DNA of 54,775 bases from Octopus bimaculoides (GCF_001194135.2 NC_068984.1:66962870-67017644); one strand, 5' to 3'. Shown: positions 12,708-23,763, counted from the first letter of the stretch. The notes: generated from the sequence alone by a model not told the origin. Numbers and translations are program-made.

Positions 12708-13140
12708 CATCATCATCACTTGATGTCTGCCTTCCATGCTGGCATGGGTTGGACAGATTGACAGGAGCTGATAAGCCAGGCGACTGTGCCATGCTACACT
12801 GTCTGCTTTTGCATGTTTTGTTTTTTTTTATGCTGGATGCCTTTCCTAATGTCAACTACTTTACAAAATGGACTGGGCACTTTTTATATGGTACCAGTAT
12901 TGGCATGTCTTTTATGGCTGGATACCTTTCTTAACACCAGCCAATTTACAGAGTGGACTGGGTACTTCTTACATGTCACCAACACTGATGAAGTCATCAA
13001 GTAACTTGCAGTACAAAGATCCCTCAAATGAGTGGATGAGTGATATTGATGGAGGCAGCTTTATGCCAGGTGATGAGAAGGTTAGAGTATTACAGAGGGT
13101 GAGAAACAGGTGTTTTGCTGCTGAGGAGATCCATGTTTAC
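12708..13140 (-). mobile_element. Non-autonomous element carrying an RTE-type 3' tail with (GAT)n end and a duplicated ~80-bp unit
   Basis: Reverse complement of the AGGAAGGGCATCC(AGC)-type tail motif occurs twice (~12830 and ~12915); (CAT)n lies at the left end. Homologous to 24187-24585. Confidence 0.7.
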
Positions 13141-13214
13141 CTGAGAGCAAGAGAGATGGTGGTGGTGTGCCAGGATATATTCTTAGGGTATGAGGATGTG
13201 AAATGATTGAAGAT

Positions 13215-13570
13215 TACCCAAGTTATTCCCAACTGTATGGTTTCCTGCTCAGTCCCACCGCATGGCACCTTGATGGCACCTTGGGCAAATCTCTTCCACT
13301 ATTGCTCTAGGCTGACCAAAGCCTTGTGAGTGAATTTGGTTGACAGAAACTAAAAGAAATCTGTCATATATATACATAAGTATATATACCTGTGTCTGTG
13401 CTATTGTTTACTGTAACATTACATCATGTGTAATGGTTGTAAATGAATATCATCTTCTGTGAAAACATGTCTGGATATGGGCAAATATTACCATACATAG
13501 AAACTGAAGAGGATTGGTGACAGGAAGAGCATCCAACCAGAAATAAGTTAACCTCAACAAGTTCTGTATC
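13215..13570 (+). mobile_element. SINE with the family-A head and an alternative, RTE-type tail
   Basis: A-type body (gcaccttgggcaa...gccttgtgagtgaatttgg...gaaactaaaagaa) followed by gaaaacatgtctgg...ggtgacaggaagagcatcc. Same layout as 46578-47045. Confidence 0.7.
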
Positions 13571-13803
13571 TCATCTACACTTTTTTAGAGATGCTGTTGC
13601 AAAACTTCATTTGTATCAATAAGGTAAAGATAGTCATATGTTAGGTATTCCTTTTCTGTGTATACAGTAGATGTACAACGAAACATCTGTCTTTGAATTC
13701 TTAAACAATATGGTCCCTTTCCTTCAGATGCAGCAATTTTTGCATCAAATGAAACAGAGAAGACTGTGCAATTATAATTTTAAATATTTTTCCTAAAATT
13801 ATA

Positions 13804-14143
13804 AGGTAAAGTAAAGACCCTCTTTGGTCATGAATGAACATTGGATTGCACCTAGAAAGTTACTCTCCGATGCACAAGTTTGGGCAAGGTTGTTTATGGA
13901 AGACCAGCAGTTTCCCATGCATACCTGCTTCTCCTCTCCATGCCACCGATGTTATCCAAGAAAAAGGCAAAGGCCAATACAGCTTGGCACCAGTGACATC
14001 ACAACTCATTTCTACAGCTGAGTGAAATGGAGCAATGCAAGATAAAGTGTGTCGTGCTGAGGAACATAACACAGAGCCTAGTCTGAGAATTGAACTCACT
14101 ACCTCATAATTGTGAGCCCAACACTCTAATCACTGAGCCATGC
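13804..14143 (-). mobile_element. tRNA-derived SINE 'D' (Deu/Nin-like central domain)
   Basis: The reverse complement aligns end to end with 20772-21101: A-box TGGCTCAGTGA, B-box GAGTTCAATTCT, and core 'cattgctcca.ttcactcagctgtagaaatgagttg'. Confidence 0.88.
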
Positions 14144-14155
14144 TTCATTATTATT

Positions 14156-14329
14156 CATACTCTCTGAGTGGTTGGCGTTAGAAAGGGCATCCAGCTGTAG
14201 AAACTCTGCCAAATTAGATTGGAGCCTGGTGTAGCCATCCGGTTGCACCAGTCCTCAGTCAAATCGTCCAACCCATGCTAGCATGGAAAGCGGACGTTAA
14301 ACGATGATGATGATGATGATGATGATGAT
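14156..14329 (+). mobile_element. Young 5'-truncated RTE-type tail copy ending in (GAT)n
   Basis: ggttggcgttagaaagggcatccagctgtagaaactctgccaaa...gcatggaaagcggacgttaaacgatgatgat; near-identical to 20480-20575 and 44335-44484. Confidence 0.88.
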
Positions 14330-14584
14330 TAATGAGTATTTTGAGTGCATTAGAGAAGACTGCAGAGGAGGAAATCACATTCACTATAATAGCAATAGTT
14401 TAGTGGCTCATTTTTGAATCTCAGAGTATTTCAATGAGGACAGAATTTTACCATTTCTCTGATGATATGTCATAGATCTACCATATCATTTCTGATATGA
14501 TCATATTTTCTGAACTTGCTCAAGTTTAACATATTTCCGTACAGTTCTTGAAATTCATCTTCATTTCTACCCACTACTCCTAAT

Positions 14585-14832
14585 GGTTTTTTTTTTTTAT
14601 CTGTTTCAATCATTAACCTGTGGCCACACTGGGACATCACCTTGAAGAAATTTTGGTTGATGAATCATCCCAGAAATTATTATTTTTTTTTTGCTCTATC
14701 AGTTTCTTTTTGCCAAACAGTTAAGTTAAGGGCATGTAGGCAAATCAGCTTCAGTTGTCAAGTGGTGGTGGGGGACAAACACAATGACACACACATATAT
14801 ATGACAGGCTTCTTTCAGTTTCCATCTATCAA
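14585..14832 (-). mobile_element. SINE A, 3' portion
   Basis: gtttcaatcattaacctgtggccacactgg...gttgtcaagtggtggtgggggacaaacac...acaggcttctttcagtttcc. Confidence 0.7.
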
Positions 14833-15180
14833 ATCTTAAAGATCTTTTGTTAAAGATCTTGTGATTCTATCTCTGCTTTTTAAATGGATCTCAGAGCCTT
14901 TTGTTTCTTTCTGGTGGTTGGGTGTAAGATTTGAACTCAGGATATCCAGAACTAAAACAAATTCCACAATGCATCATCTTGTACAATGCTTTATAATTCT
15001 GCCAATCCATCACCCTAGACTAGGAGATTATCTTACCTCTAGGAAGATAAGCATAGTTGTTGTGTATGGAATTTGAACTCAGGAGTACAGAGAATTGGAA
15101 TAAATATGTGTGCGTATACATATATGCATAACTACCTACATATATATAAATTTCTCTCTCTCTCTATATATATATATATT

Positions 15181-15217
<37 letters not shown>

Positions 15218-15572
15218 TTGGGAGAGGGAGAGGGAGAGAGATGTCTTATATATATATATATATATATATATGCATGAGTGTGTGTAAGTATGTGTACATT
15301 GTTTTACTTTCAGTAACAGATTGAGGTAGGGAAGACAAAGAGAAAATTTTCTATGAATCTTTGAAATTTTTTCATCTAATATACAGTTTAGAAACAATTC
15401 CTTATGAATAGTGAAAAATGTTAAAATAAAAAAAAGAATTATTGAAAGAAAAGGAGAGAAAAAGAAATGAGAATGAAAATAGTTAAAAGAAAGATAAAAG
15501 TAAAACAAAAGAAATGTTAAATAATTATTTACTGAACCATATTTCTTCCCTTTGAATAAAAGCGAGAAAGCC

Positions 15573-15610
<38 letters not shown>

Positions 15611-15831
15611 GGAGAGGGAGAGAAGGAGGAGAAGAGAAAGGGGAAAAATATCTTTTGAAAATATAGTTGAATTAAGAAATAATTTGATAATGCGCTTGAA
15701 TGACCATGTATACTGATGTTAATTAACTGAATTGCGCCTATAGTAGTAAGTCTAGTCAAACAATACTTTGGAATATGTGTGTATGTACATACTTATACAC
15801 ACATATATATGAACGTGTGTGTGTGTGTATA

Positions 15832-15910
<79 letters not shown>

Positions 15911-16809
15911 TTGTTTGTATGCATGTATGTATGTAAGTGTATGTATTACTAATGTTATCTTAAACTATTGTTTCTAATACAGATAAAGTAAAAGAGATTT
16001 AAAAAATATTGAATATAAAAATAAAGATGGATATTAAAGAGAAATCATTACTTAATGAGAACTATTAAGAAGTTGGTGGTGGAAGCAAACTGGTAAAATC
16101 AGCAGAGCACTGAATATAATTCTCTGTGGTATCTAGTGACAGGCTTCTTTATATTTCTTAATGCCAATCCAATTTTATTTCACATCTATCAATCAGAGAT
16201 GGGATGAGGTGTAAAATAATGTATCAATTAATGTAATAGGGTTGATGGGAGTGAGGGTGAGATTGGGCTGCATTTAACTGAAAGTTCTTTCCTTCAAAAT
16301 GTGTGTCCCTGTGTCTAAATTTGAAAGCTCTTTCCTACTTCTTTACCCAAAATGTTTGCTGTGAGATAAGATTGTATGAATACCTTTGGTTTTGGGGTTG
16401 GATTGGAAGCAGTGTCACTGTCTAACCTGCTTCAAATCAGTAGATAGAATAATATTAGCCAGAAATTTTCACTCATATTCACTGGCACCGTTTCATGGTA
16501 ATATAGAGATGTACACCTCTTTGGTCAGTCTGATTCAGATAGTGTGGCAGCTCCTATTCAAAAAGATATAGATCTAGAGGTATCTTCCTATCTAGACTAT
16601 CTTCCTGGATCCATTTGGAAAGTTGGTGGTCCTAAACTTGAACAACAGCGAATTTTGTTGCCTTTACTTGAGCAGTGTATTTGTATTTCTTCAGATATCT
16701 GGAAACATTCTTTGAAACACTTTACTTATTAATGTTTAGTGGTTGACTAGAATAGCATCTTAAACACATACTGGGATTATGTAGAGAGGAATGTGTAAAA
16801 GCTCCTGAA

Positions 16810-16971
16810 ACATGAACCTGCTCAGGTTGTATCTAGAAAGAATTTTTGTGAGGTCAGCTGATAAACATAGCTTAGAGGGCCCACAATTACAGGCTGTTGG
16901 TGACACAAAATTACAAAGCAATGATTTACATGGTCCAGTTCAATATGATATATATACATATACATACACAC

Positions 16972-17024
<53 letters not shown>

Positions 17025-18000
17025 GGACCCCAGTTTCTAAAAGTATAATGAGTTATTTCTTGTATGCAACATCTACAGCAATTAGATTAACAAGTATGTT
17101 ATGTGGGAGTTTAAATAAAGCTACAAAAACAAACAGAACTGATAGGATTTAGTAAGAGATCAGTGTTAGAGGAAATCAAATTAGAGTAGATGTTGATAAG
17201 AAGATTAAAAGAAGTGATTAGGAATGGTATTATAACCAAAATGCTTGCAGCAAAGAAGGGATTCAACCATTTTTTTAAACATAAAGCATGACAGAGCTAA
17301 GGCTTATGTTTTCTTTATATGTGAGGGAGTGGAAGCTTTTGATGGGCATTTGTGTGCTGTTTTCAGCAATACTTTCCATGACTCAGGGACGTGTGGTAGA
17401 GCAGAGACAGTGAACACTGGTGCCTATCTCAGCAATCTCTTATTAGAGTGGCTAGAATGCTGTAAAAAGCCAAAAATCAGCTTAAATGTGAGATACACTG
17501 AGTAGTCATGCAAAAGGCATACCATACAAGCTATATATATTCATAGAAAGTTTTGCTGAGGTCTTGGCAGACATCTACAACAGCTGTTAGTAGAATGGAA
17601 AATTTTTCAGCTCTGTGAGTCAGAAAAAATGGTAATACTGCTAAGGAAAATGCAAACAAAATATATAGTGTTAATAAATTCAGGCCCATAAATCTGTTGA
17701 CTGCAAAGTTTAAGATTTAGGCCAATGCACTTGAGAAGACATTGGCATTTGCCATTGGTAGTCTGTTCTGCAAAGATCTATATGATTCCTGGCAGATCAA
17801 TCGATGAAAACTTCTACTTTAGGCAATAGCACATAGATAGGGTAGGAACAAACCTTCTATTGTTAGAGTTTTGCTTAATTTGGATTACCTGAAAGCTTTT
17901 GACAGAGATAACTATCAGAACTTAGCAACTGTGTTCAGTGTAACTGGTTGGGATCCTGTATTCAGAGACTGTATCATTGCCATATACAGTAGCATCTGCC
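16810..18000 (+). pseudogene. Decayed L1-clade (Tx1-like) LINE: end of the AP endonuclease and start of RT
   Basis: RLYLERIFVRSAD (endonuclease end), GIPYKLY, FRPINLLTAKFKI, IPGRSIDEN and LNLDYLKAFDRD, with stops and frameshifts. A (TA)/(CA) tract interrupts it at ~16945-17025. Confidence 0.8.
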
Positions 18001-18223
18001 AAGGTAATCTTTGCAATTTATTTTTTAGGGTTTAGCAAAACGTGTATTGGTTAACTACTGGGGTTAATATAATCAACTATTTACTTCCTCTAGATATCTG
18101 GATTTGTGCTTGTCTAAGAAATCTTTATCATTAAAGAGAGAGAAGACGAGGCAGGCACATAGACAGAAAATGAGAAAGAGAGAGGGGCTCACAAACAGAG
18201 ACAGAAAGAGAGAGAAAGAAAGA

Positions 18224-18254
<31 letters not shown>

Positions 18255-18332
18255 AAGAGAGAGAGGNNNNNNNNNNNNNNNNNNNNNNNNNNNNNNNNNN
18301 NNNNNNNNNNNNNNNNNNNNNNNNNNNNNNNN

Positions 18333-18372
<40 letters not shown>

Positions 18373-18595
18373 GAAAGGGTGGCAGAAATATGATGGATAG
18401 AAAATTTTGAAAAGAAAATAAACAATGTAAATATAAAAATTTATTGGTTAAATATATAATGTTTCTTTTTTCTTTTTTCCTTTCCTGACTGCTACTGTTT
18501 CGTTTGGTCAATTTTACAATGACCTTTTTCATCATCATCATCGTCATTGTTGCCATCAGCATCATTGTTGTTGCTGTTACTAACATTTTTATTAC

Positions 18596-18643
<48 letters not shown>

Positions 18644-18875
18644 CATTATTATTATTATTATTATTATTAACATCTCTTTTGTTTGTATTTTTAATCATAA
18701 CAATACATTAGATATCATAAATTTGTGTTGACCTCTTTGCTGATGACCTTTCTGAGGTTAATATTAGTGTAAAGTAAAAGAATTAAAGGGGGTCATGATT
18801 TCTATGTGTCTGTACATGCATGTATGTATGGAAGTGTGTGTATTTGTATACATGTATTTATGTATTAGATATATA

Positions 18876-18923
<48 letters not shown>

Positions 18924-19188
18924 TATATATGTCTATATATGTATGTGTGTGTATATATATATATATATATAAACATAGACATGTATGTGTGAATCTATTA
19001 TCTTTACAATAACACAGACACCAATATTTTTGTATACCATTGAATTCATACATATACACACCCACATGAACCCACAGAAGCATCTATCTATATATATATA
19101 TTCAGTTTAAACGAAGTAACCATGTGATACACATATAGATGCATATAAATCCATACACACACATATATATATGTAAATAAATAGATAA

Positions 19189-19219
<31 letters not shown>

Positions 19220-19743
19220 CACACACATGCACACACATGCATACCCATGCACACACGCATGCACATACACATGCACATACACACACACACACACACACAC
19301 TCATGTATATTACTTAGCAGAGTTGTTAATGCATCAGATGTGGTGCTTTGCAATATTTGTTCCGGTACTTGTGTTCAAATACTCCACCTTACTGGGGTAT
19401 TATCAATAGAGAGGCTATTGAAAAATAATAACATAGAGCTTAATACAGAAAAGCAGGCGGCCTCTAAAGCCCTATTGAACTCACAAAACTAATGTAGTGT
19501 GAGTTCATAAGAGCCCTATGCTCTTGAAGGGTACTTTAAGATTTCTACTAAATTAATGATGAGTGTATTAGGGTAAGTACGTATGTGTGTCGGAGAGAAA
19601 GAGAGAGGGGAAGGGAGGAAAAAGAGAGAATGTGTGTACAGATGTAATCATGTATCTCTCTCTCTATATATACACACACACACACACATATATATATATG
19701 TCTGTATATATTAATTGAAGTGTACTGTTTCATAAATCTATTA

Positions 19744-19832
19744 CAGCTTATGCTACTAACTGGTTTCACACTAGGTGGTAAACAGATGTTAGATAATAAC
19801 CTGATTATTTGACCTTACACTCATCAGAGCTG
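19744..19832 (-). ncRNA. Hammerhead-ribozyme-like motif, degenerate helix III
   Basis: CTGATGA at 19827-19821 and GAAAC at 19767-19763. A 5-bp helix I (CAGCT/AGCTG) is preceded by TA. Helix II is long and weak; helix III is poorly paired. Confidence 0.3.
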
Positions 19833-20325
19833 GACATTATGGAAGAAAATATTGTGACTGTTCTCTGTTCTCGGAGACAATAATACACCTCCACTTAGTG
19901 GTTTCTGTGAAGAAAGATGAAACAAACTAAGCAAGGGTTCAACCAAGAGTTATGTCACTTGGTGCCAAGTGGCCTCTGGTTTGTTGTAAGATTACAGGAG
20001 TTTTCTGGTTTAGAGATTGGTATTCCTTTAGAGTTGGAAATAGTGCTGTAGTAGTATATGAGTAGGGATTTTGGAGGTTGCTGGTGGTACCAGGCTGATG
20101 TGCAAACACCCAAGCCCATGTTAGGGTATATATGTACTTAAGTGTTCATTTCTGTATGTTTTGGTTAAACCCTTTACCTCGTTCCCAGCTTTTAGTGGAG
20201 AACTGATGGTTAGAATCATGATGGGGCCCATAGGGATGACAAAATATACTTCTGATTAATAAATTCTCTCTATTGACAAATATATGAGTGCTTATTTGTT
20301 TTGATTTATTGATTCTTAGATGACT

Positions 20326-20575
20326 CAGTACCGCCTGACTGGCTCCTGTAGGACTTTCGAGCGAGATCGTTGCCAGTGCCCCTGGACTGGCTTGTGCGGG
20401 TGGCACATAAAAGACACCATTTCGAGCGTGGCCGTTTTCGTGCGGGTGACACGTAAAAGCACCCACTACACTCTCTGAGTGGTTGGCGTTAGGAAGGGCA
20501 TCCAGCTGTAGAAACTCTGCCAAATCAGACTGGAGCCTGGTGTTGCCATCCGGTTTCACCAGTCCTCAGTCAAAT
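20326..20575 (+). mobile_element. RTE-type tail element with internal 'gtgc(g)ggtggcacgtaaaa' subrepeats, cut by a gap
   Basis: Matches 44111-44484 over its length. Confidence 0.85.
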
Positions 20576-20771
20576 NNNNNNNNNNNNNNNNNNNNNNNNN
20601 NNNNNNNNNNNNNNNNNNNNNNNNNNNNNNNNNNNNNNNNNNNNNNNNNNNNNNNNNNNNNNNNNNNNNNNNNNNNNNNNNNNNNNNNNNNNNNNNNNNN
20701 NNNNNNNNNNNNNNNNNNNNNNNNNNNNNNNNNNNNNNNNNNNNNNNNNNNNNNNNNNNNNNNNNNATAGA

Positions 20772-21101
20772 AGGCACATGGCTCAGTGGTTAGAGCATTG
20801 AGCTTACGATCATGAGGTTGTGAGTTTGAATCCTGGATCAGGCTGCATGTTGTGTTCTTGAGCAAGGCATTTTTTTCACATTGCTCCAGTTCACTCAGCT
20901 GTAGAAATGAGTTGCGACATCATAGGTTCCAAGCTGTATCGGCCTTTGCCTTTCCCTTGGATAACACTGGTGGCATGGAGTGGGGAGGCCGTATGCATGG
21001 GCAACTGCTGGTCTTCCGTAAACAACCATGCCCGGACTTGTGCCTGGGTGGGTAACTTTCTAAGTGCAATCTCATGATCAGTCATGACCGAAGGGGGTCT
21101 C
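20772..21101 (+). mobile_element. SINE D, full-length
   Basis: A-box TGGCTCAGTGG (20779-20789), B-box GAGTTTGAATCC (20822-20833), core 'gtgttcttgagcaaggca...cattgctccagttcactcagctgtagaaatgag'. Confidence 0.88.
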
Positions 21102-21119
21102 AGTATATATAGATATATT

Positions 21120-21988
21120 CGAGGTCTGATCAATAAGTATCTGGGCTGTTGCCATAGTGATGAAGCTAAAGCATACAGAGTGAAGCCTCTTAGCACAGAT
21201 TGATCTTGAACTTTGCTGTGCAGGCACACTAAGTTTTAATGTTCTAACTCACTTCCACTGTTTACAGCACCACTTGAAAGGAAAGTGTGTAGCATGTTGT
21301 TGTCGCATTGACCATGACAGAGAAAGTTGTCATGACGATACCTGCTCAGAGACCTACACAAAGTTGCAGAAAGTGTATGGAGAGGAGTGAAATAGGTATG
21401 CACAAGTATACAAGTGGTTCGGATGTTTCTAACATGGCCAAAGCAATGTCAATATTGATGAACGTTCTGGGAGACTCACAACCAGTAGAACTGAGAAAAA
21501 CATCGCAGATGTGTGTGCAGCTGTGAGGGGAAATCGTCAAACAACCATCTGTGAGTTATCAGAAGATGTGCAGATTAGATATGGTTCAGTTCAGTCAACT
21601 AACACTGAATATTTGGGTATGACATGCATGTCGCCCAAATTTGTGCCAAAAACTGCTTTCAGCTGACCAAAAAGACACTCGGGTTTTAGTTGCACAAGAT
21701 CTCCTTGATTGTGTTAAGAACAATGAAAACTTTTTGAAAACTTCGTGTAGGCTTCTCAGCAGGTATCACCAAGCTTTTGGCAAACTTTCTGTCATTGTCA
21801 ATGCGACAATCACATGCTACACACCTGCCTTCCGGGCACTGCTTTAAATAGTGGCAGTGAGCTAGAACATTAAATCAGTGTGCATGCACAGCATAGCTGA
21901 AGGTCAATCTATGTCAAGTAGCTTCAATCTCCATACTTTAGCTTCGTAACTATAAGCAACAGTCCGGATACTTATTGATCAGACCATG
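21120..21988 (+). mobile_element. Non-autonomous mariner with ~250-bp inverted repeats; transposase truncated before the first catalytic Asp
   Basis: The ends GGTCTGATCAATAAGTATC are inverted, and the arms align for ~250 bp. The internal peptide is DTCSETYTKLQKVYG...VYKWF...DERSGR...KFVPK/LLSADQK...ENFLKT. The flanks are TA-like and mutated. Confidence 0.9.
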
Positions 21989-22059
21989 TGTATATATATA
22001 CATACATACACACACACATATACATGATTGGTTGTGGCTTTTAGTCAATGCAAAGGACA

Positions 22060-22261
22060 CTCAACTTTATGAATATTGTGAGAACATATGATATACTTTA
22101 ATGACAATCATACTAACAAAAAGCAAAACAGTCTTCACTCTAAGTTTCATGTAATGGTGAACTCAACACACATTAGAGTAAGTTCTGTGATCCATAACAA
22201 GCCAATCTGATGTGGACCAAATCTATACAGGATCATCAGTACAGGAAACTTGAAGTCATTG
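22060..22261 (+). mobile_element. 3' end of a Penelope-like element (end of GIY-YIG region) followed by a hammerhead motif
   Basis: Weak peptide EHMIYFNDNHTNKKQNSLHSKFH resembles the PLE C-terminal EKxxI...LNKRxELxSKCRH pattern. The hammerhead motif follows at 22203-22261. Confidence 0.45.
22203..22261 (+). ncRNA. Minimal type I hammerhead ribozyme candidate with palindromic helix III
   Basis: Helix I CAAT/ATTG; CTGATG(T) at 22207-22213; GAAA at 22245-22248; helix III CTT-g-AAG (palindrome ACTTgAAGT); GTC cleavage triplet at 22255-22257. One core deviation (A9). Confidence 0.55.
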
Positions 22262-22652
22262 CTATTGTTTGTTGGTATGATTGTCATCAAAACACACTTC
22301 ACATAAGTGCAAAAACAGAATTAATAAAATTGTGGTGGTTGGCATAAATTGCATTTATTTGTAAAGTGGAAAGTTTAAGTTTGTATGTCACTAAGAGTCA
22401 AATCTGAAGGTGAAAGACTATTTTTCTTAACCTTTACCTCAGAGTTTGGAAAAACAGGGGAGAATAAGAAATAATAAGGTGTTTGCTGTTGTTACATGCA
22501 AGTAAGTACTGAATCAGAGAGAGGGGATGGGGAAAGAGGGGGAGAAGGGAGAGAGGGGAGAGAGAGAGAGCGCAAAAGGATTTGAGGTGAAAGATGGTGA
22601 AAGATTAAGATATTGGATGATAGGGTTCAAATGAAAGAAATGGTCAGTTTAA

Positions 22653-22877
22653 CCCCTTTGATAACACCCAGCCTGAGAGTGCACCTACTTCTACAAGGCA
22701 GACAACTTCCTCTTTGAAAGTGATTTAAATGAAAACTTTTCATCAAAATTTCATGTTAATTTATGAAGCAAATAACAGCTTAACAATGACAAAGTTATTT
22801 TACTGGATGCTTTGTTAGTTTCGAAATTAATTGAAACAAAGCCAGTTTATTTGAACAGAAATGAGATAACAGAAGGG
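22653..22877 (+). mobile_element. piggyBac-like MITE (family 2)
   Basis: TTAA-CCC...GGG-TTAA (22649-22652, 22878-22881). The interior is similar to 52441-52663 in reverse. Confidence 0.75.
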
Positions 22878-23419
22878 TTAAAGGAGTTTCCTTTTCTTTT
22901 CTTTATTCGTTGGCCAGGTCAGTGACCACAACAAAAATCTTGTCATCATCGTTATGGTTTTAAATCTCCCCAGTGAATCATCTCTAACTTGGCTGACAAC
23001 ACTAAAAGTCATCAATAAATATATATAGGAAGAAACAGAATTTAGTAATGCTGAATCTGTATATTGACAATATGATTGAGAAAAAATAGCTCACGGGAGC
23101 ATTCTATATACTAAATATAAATACAGTATGATCTCATATAATACGGTGAATTGGCAAGTTTTAATCAGTTGATGATATCTTAGCAATTAGTAGACAAAAC
23201 CTTCCCCTATGGGTGTTCAAGCTCTAAAAACAAATAAAGGTAATAACTCCATTAAGGTCAGTTGACTGAAAGTTTTAGATAATATACACACCAGACTTAC
23301 AGATGATAATCAATTTCTTTGACATAGCACCGGATTTTTAGGTAACTGTTAATTCATCTGTTTACTATATTGACACAACTGAATCTAAAGATGACTGTTT
23401 CAGCTCATTTATCTGCTAT

Positions 23420-23633
23420 CTTTTATATTTTACTTGTTTCAGTCATTAGACTGCAGCCATGCAGGGGCACTGCTTTGAAGGGTTTAGTCAAACTAATTGA
23501 CCCCAGCACCATTTTTTTTTTTAAGCCTGGTACTTGTTCTTTTGGTCTGTTATGCTAAACTGCAAAGTTAGAGGGATGTAATCAAGCCAATACCAGTTGT
23601 CAAGGTATGTTGGTGGACAAACCCAAATACACG

Positions 23634-23669
<36 letters not shown>

Positions 23670-23712
23670 TGATGGGCTTCTTTCGGTTTCTCACATCCAC
23701 TCACAGAGCTCT
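23420..23712 (-). mobile_element. SINE A lacking most of the head
   Basis: tacttgtttcagtcattagactgcagccatgc...aagcctggtact...gttgtcaagg...(CA)n...ggcttctttc. Confidence 0.8.
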
Positions 23713-23763
23713 GTTCAATGTATGTGTCTGTACTTGTGTGTGTGTGTCTGTGTGTGCATGTAG

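Larger units (their letters stand above)
13585..14470 (-). pseudogene. Helitron Rep/helicase N-terminal remnant in two pieces (14330-14470 and 13585-13800), split by two SINE insertions
   Basis: The minus strand reads EMVKFCPH*NTLRFKNEPLNYC..FPPLQ, then NFRKNI*NYNCTVFSVSFDAKIAASEGKGPYCLRIQRQMFRCTSTV...YLYLIDTNEVL. This matches the Helitron RepHel N-terminal pattern (CxxC...CC; NIRxYNSxxAFxSxGA; GPYxFRIHGQxYH; AQLYIxD), recalled rather than searched. Confidence 0.75.

Noticed and set aside
3305-21988. The maT derivative (3305-4173) and the mariner (21120-21988) are both 869 bp
   Set aside because: They have unrelated TIRs and proteins; coincidence.
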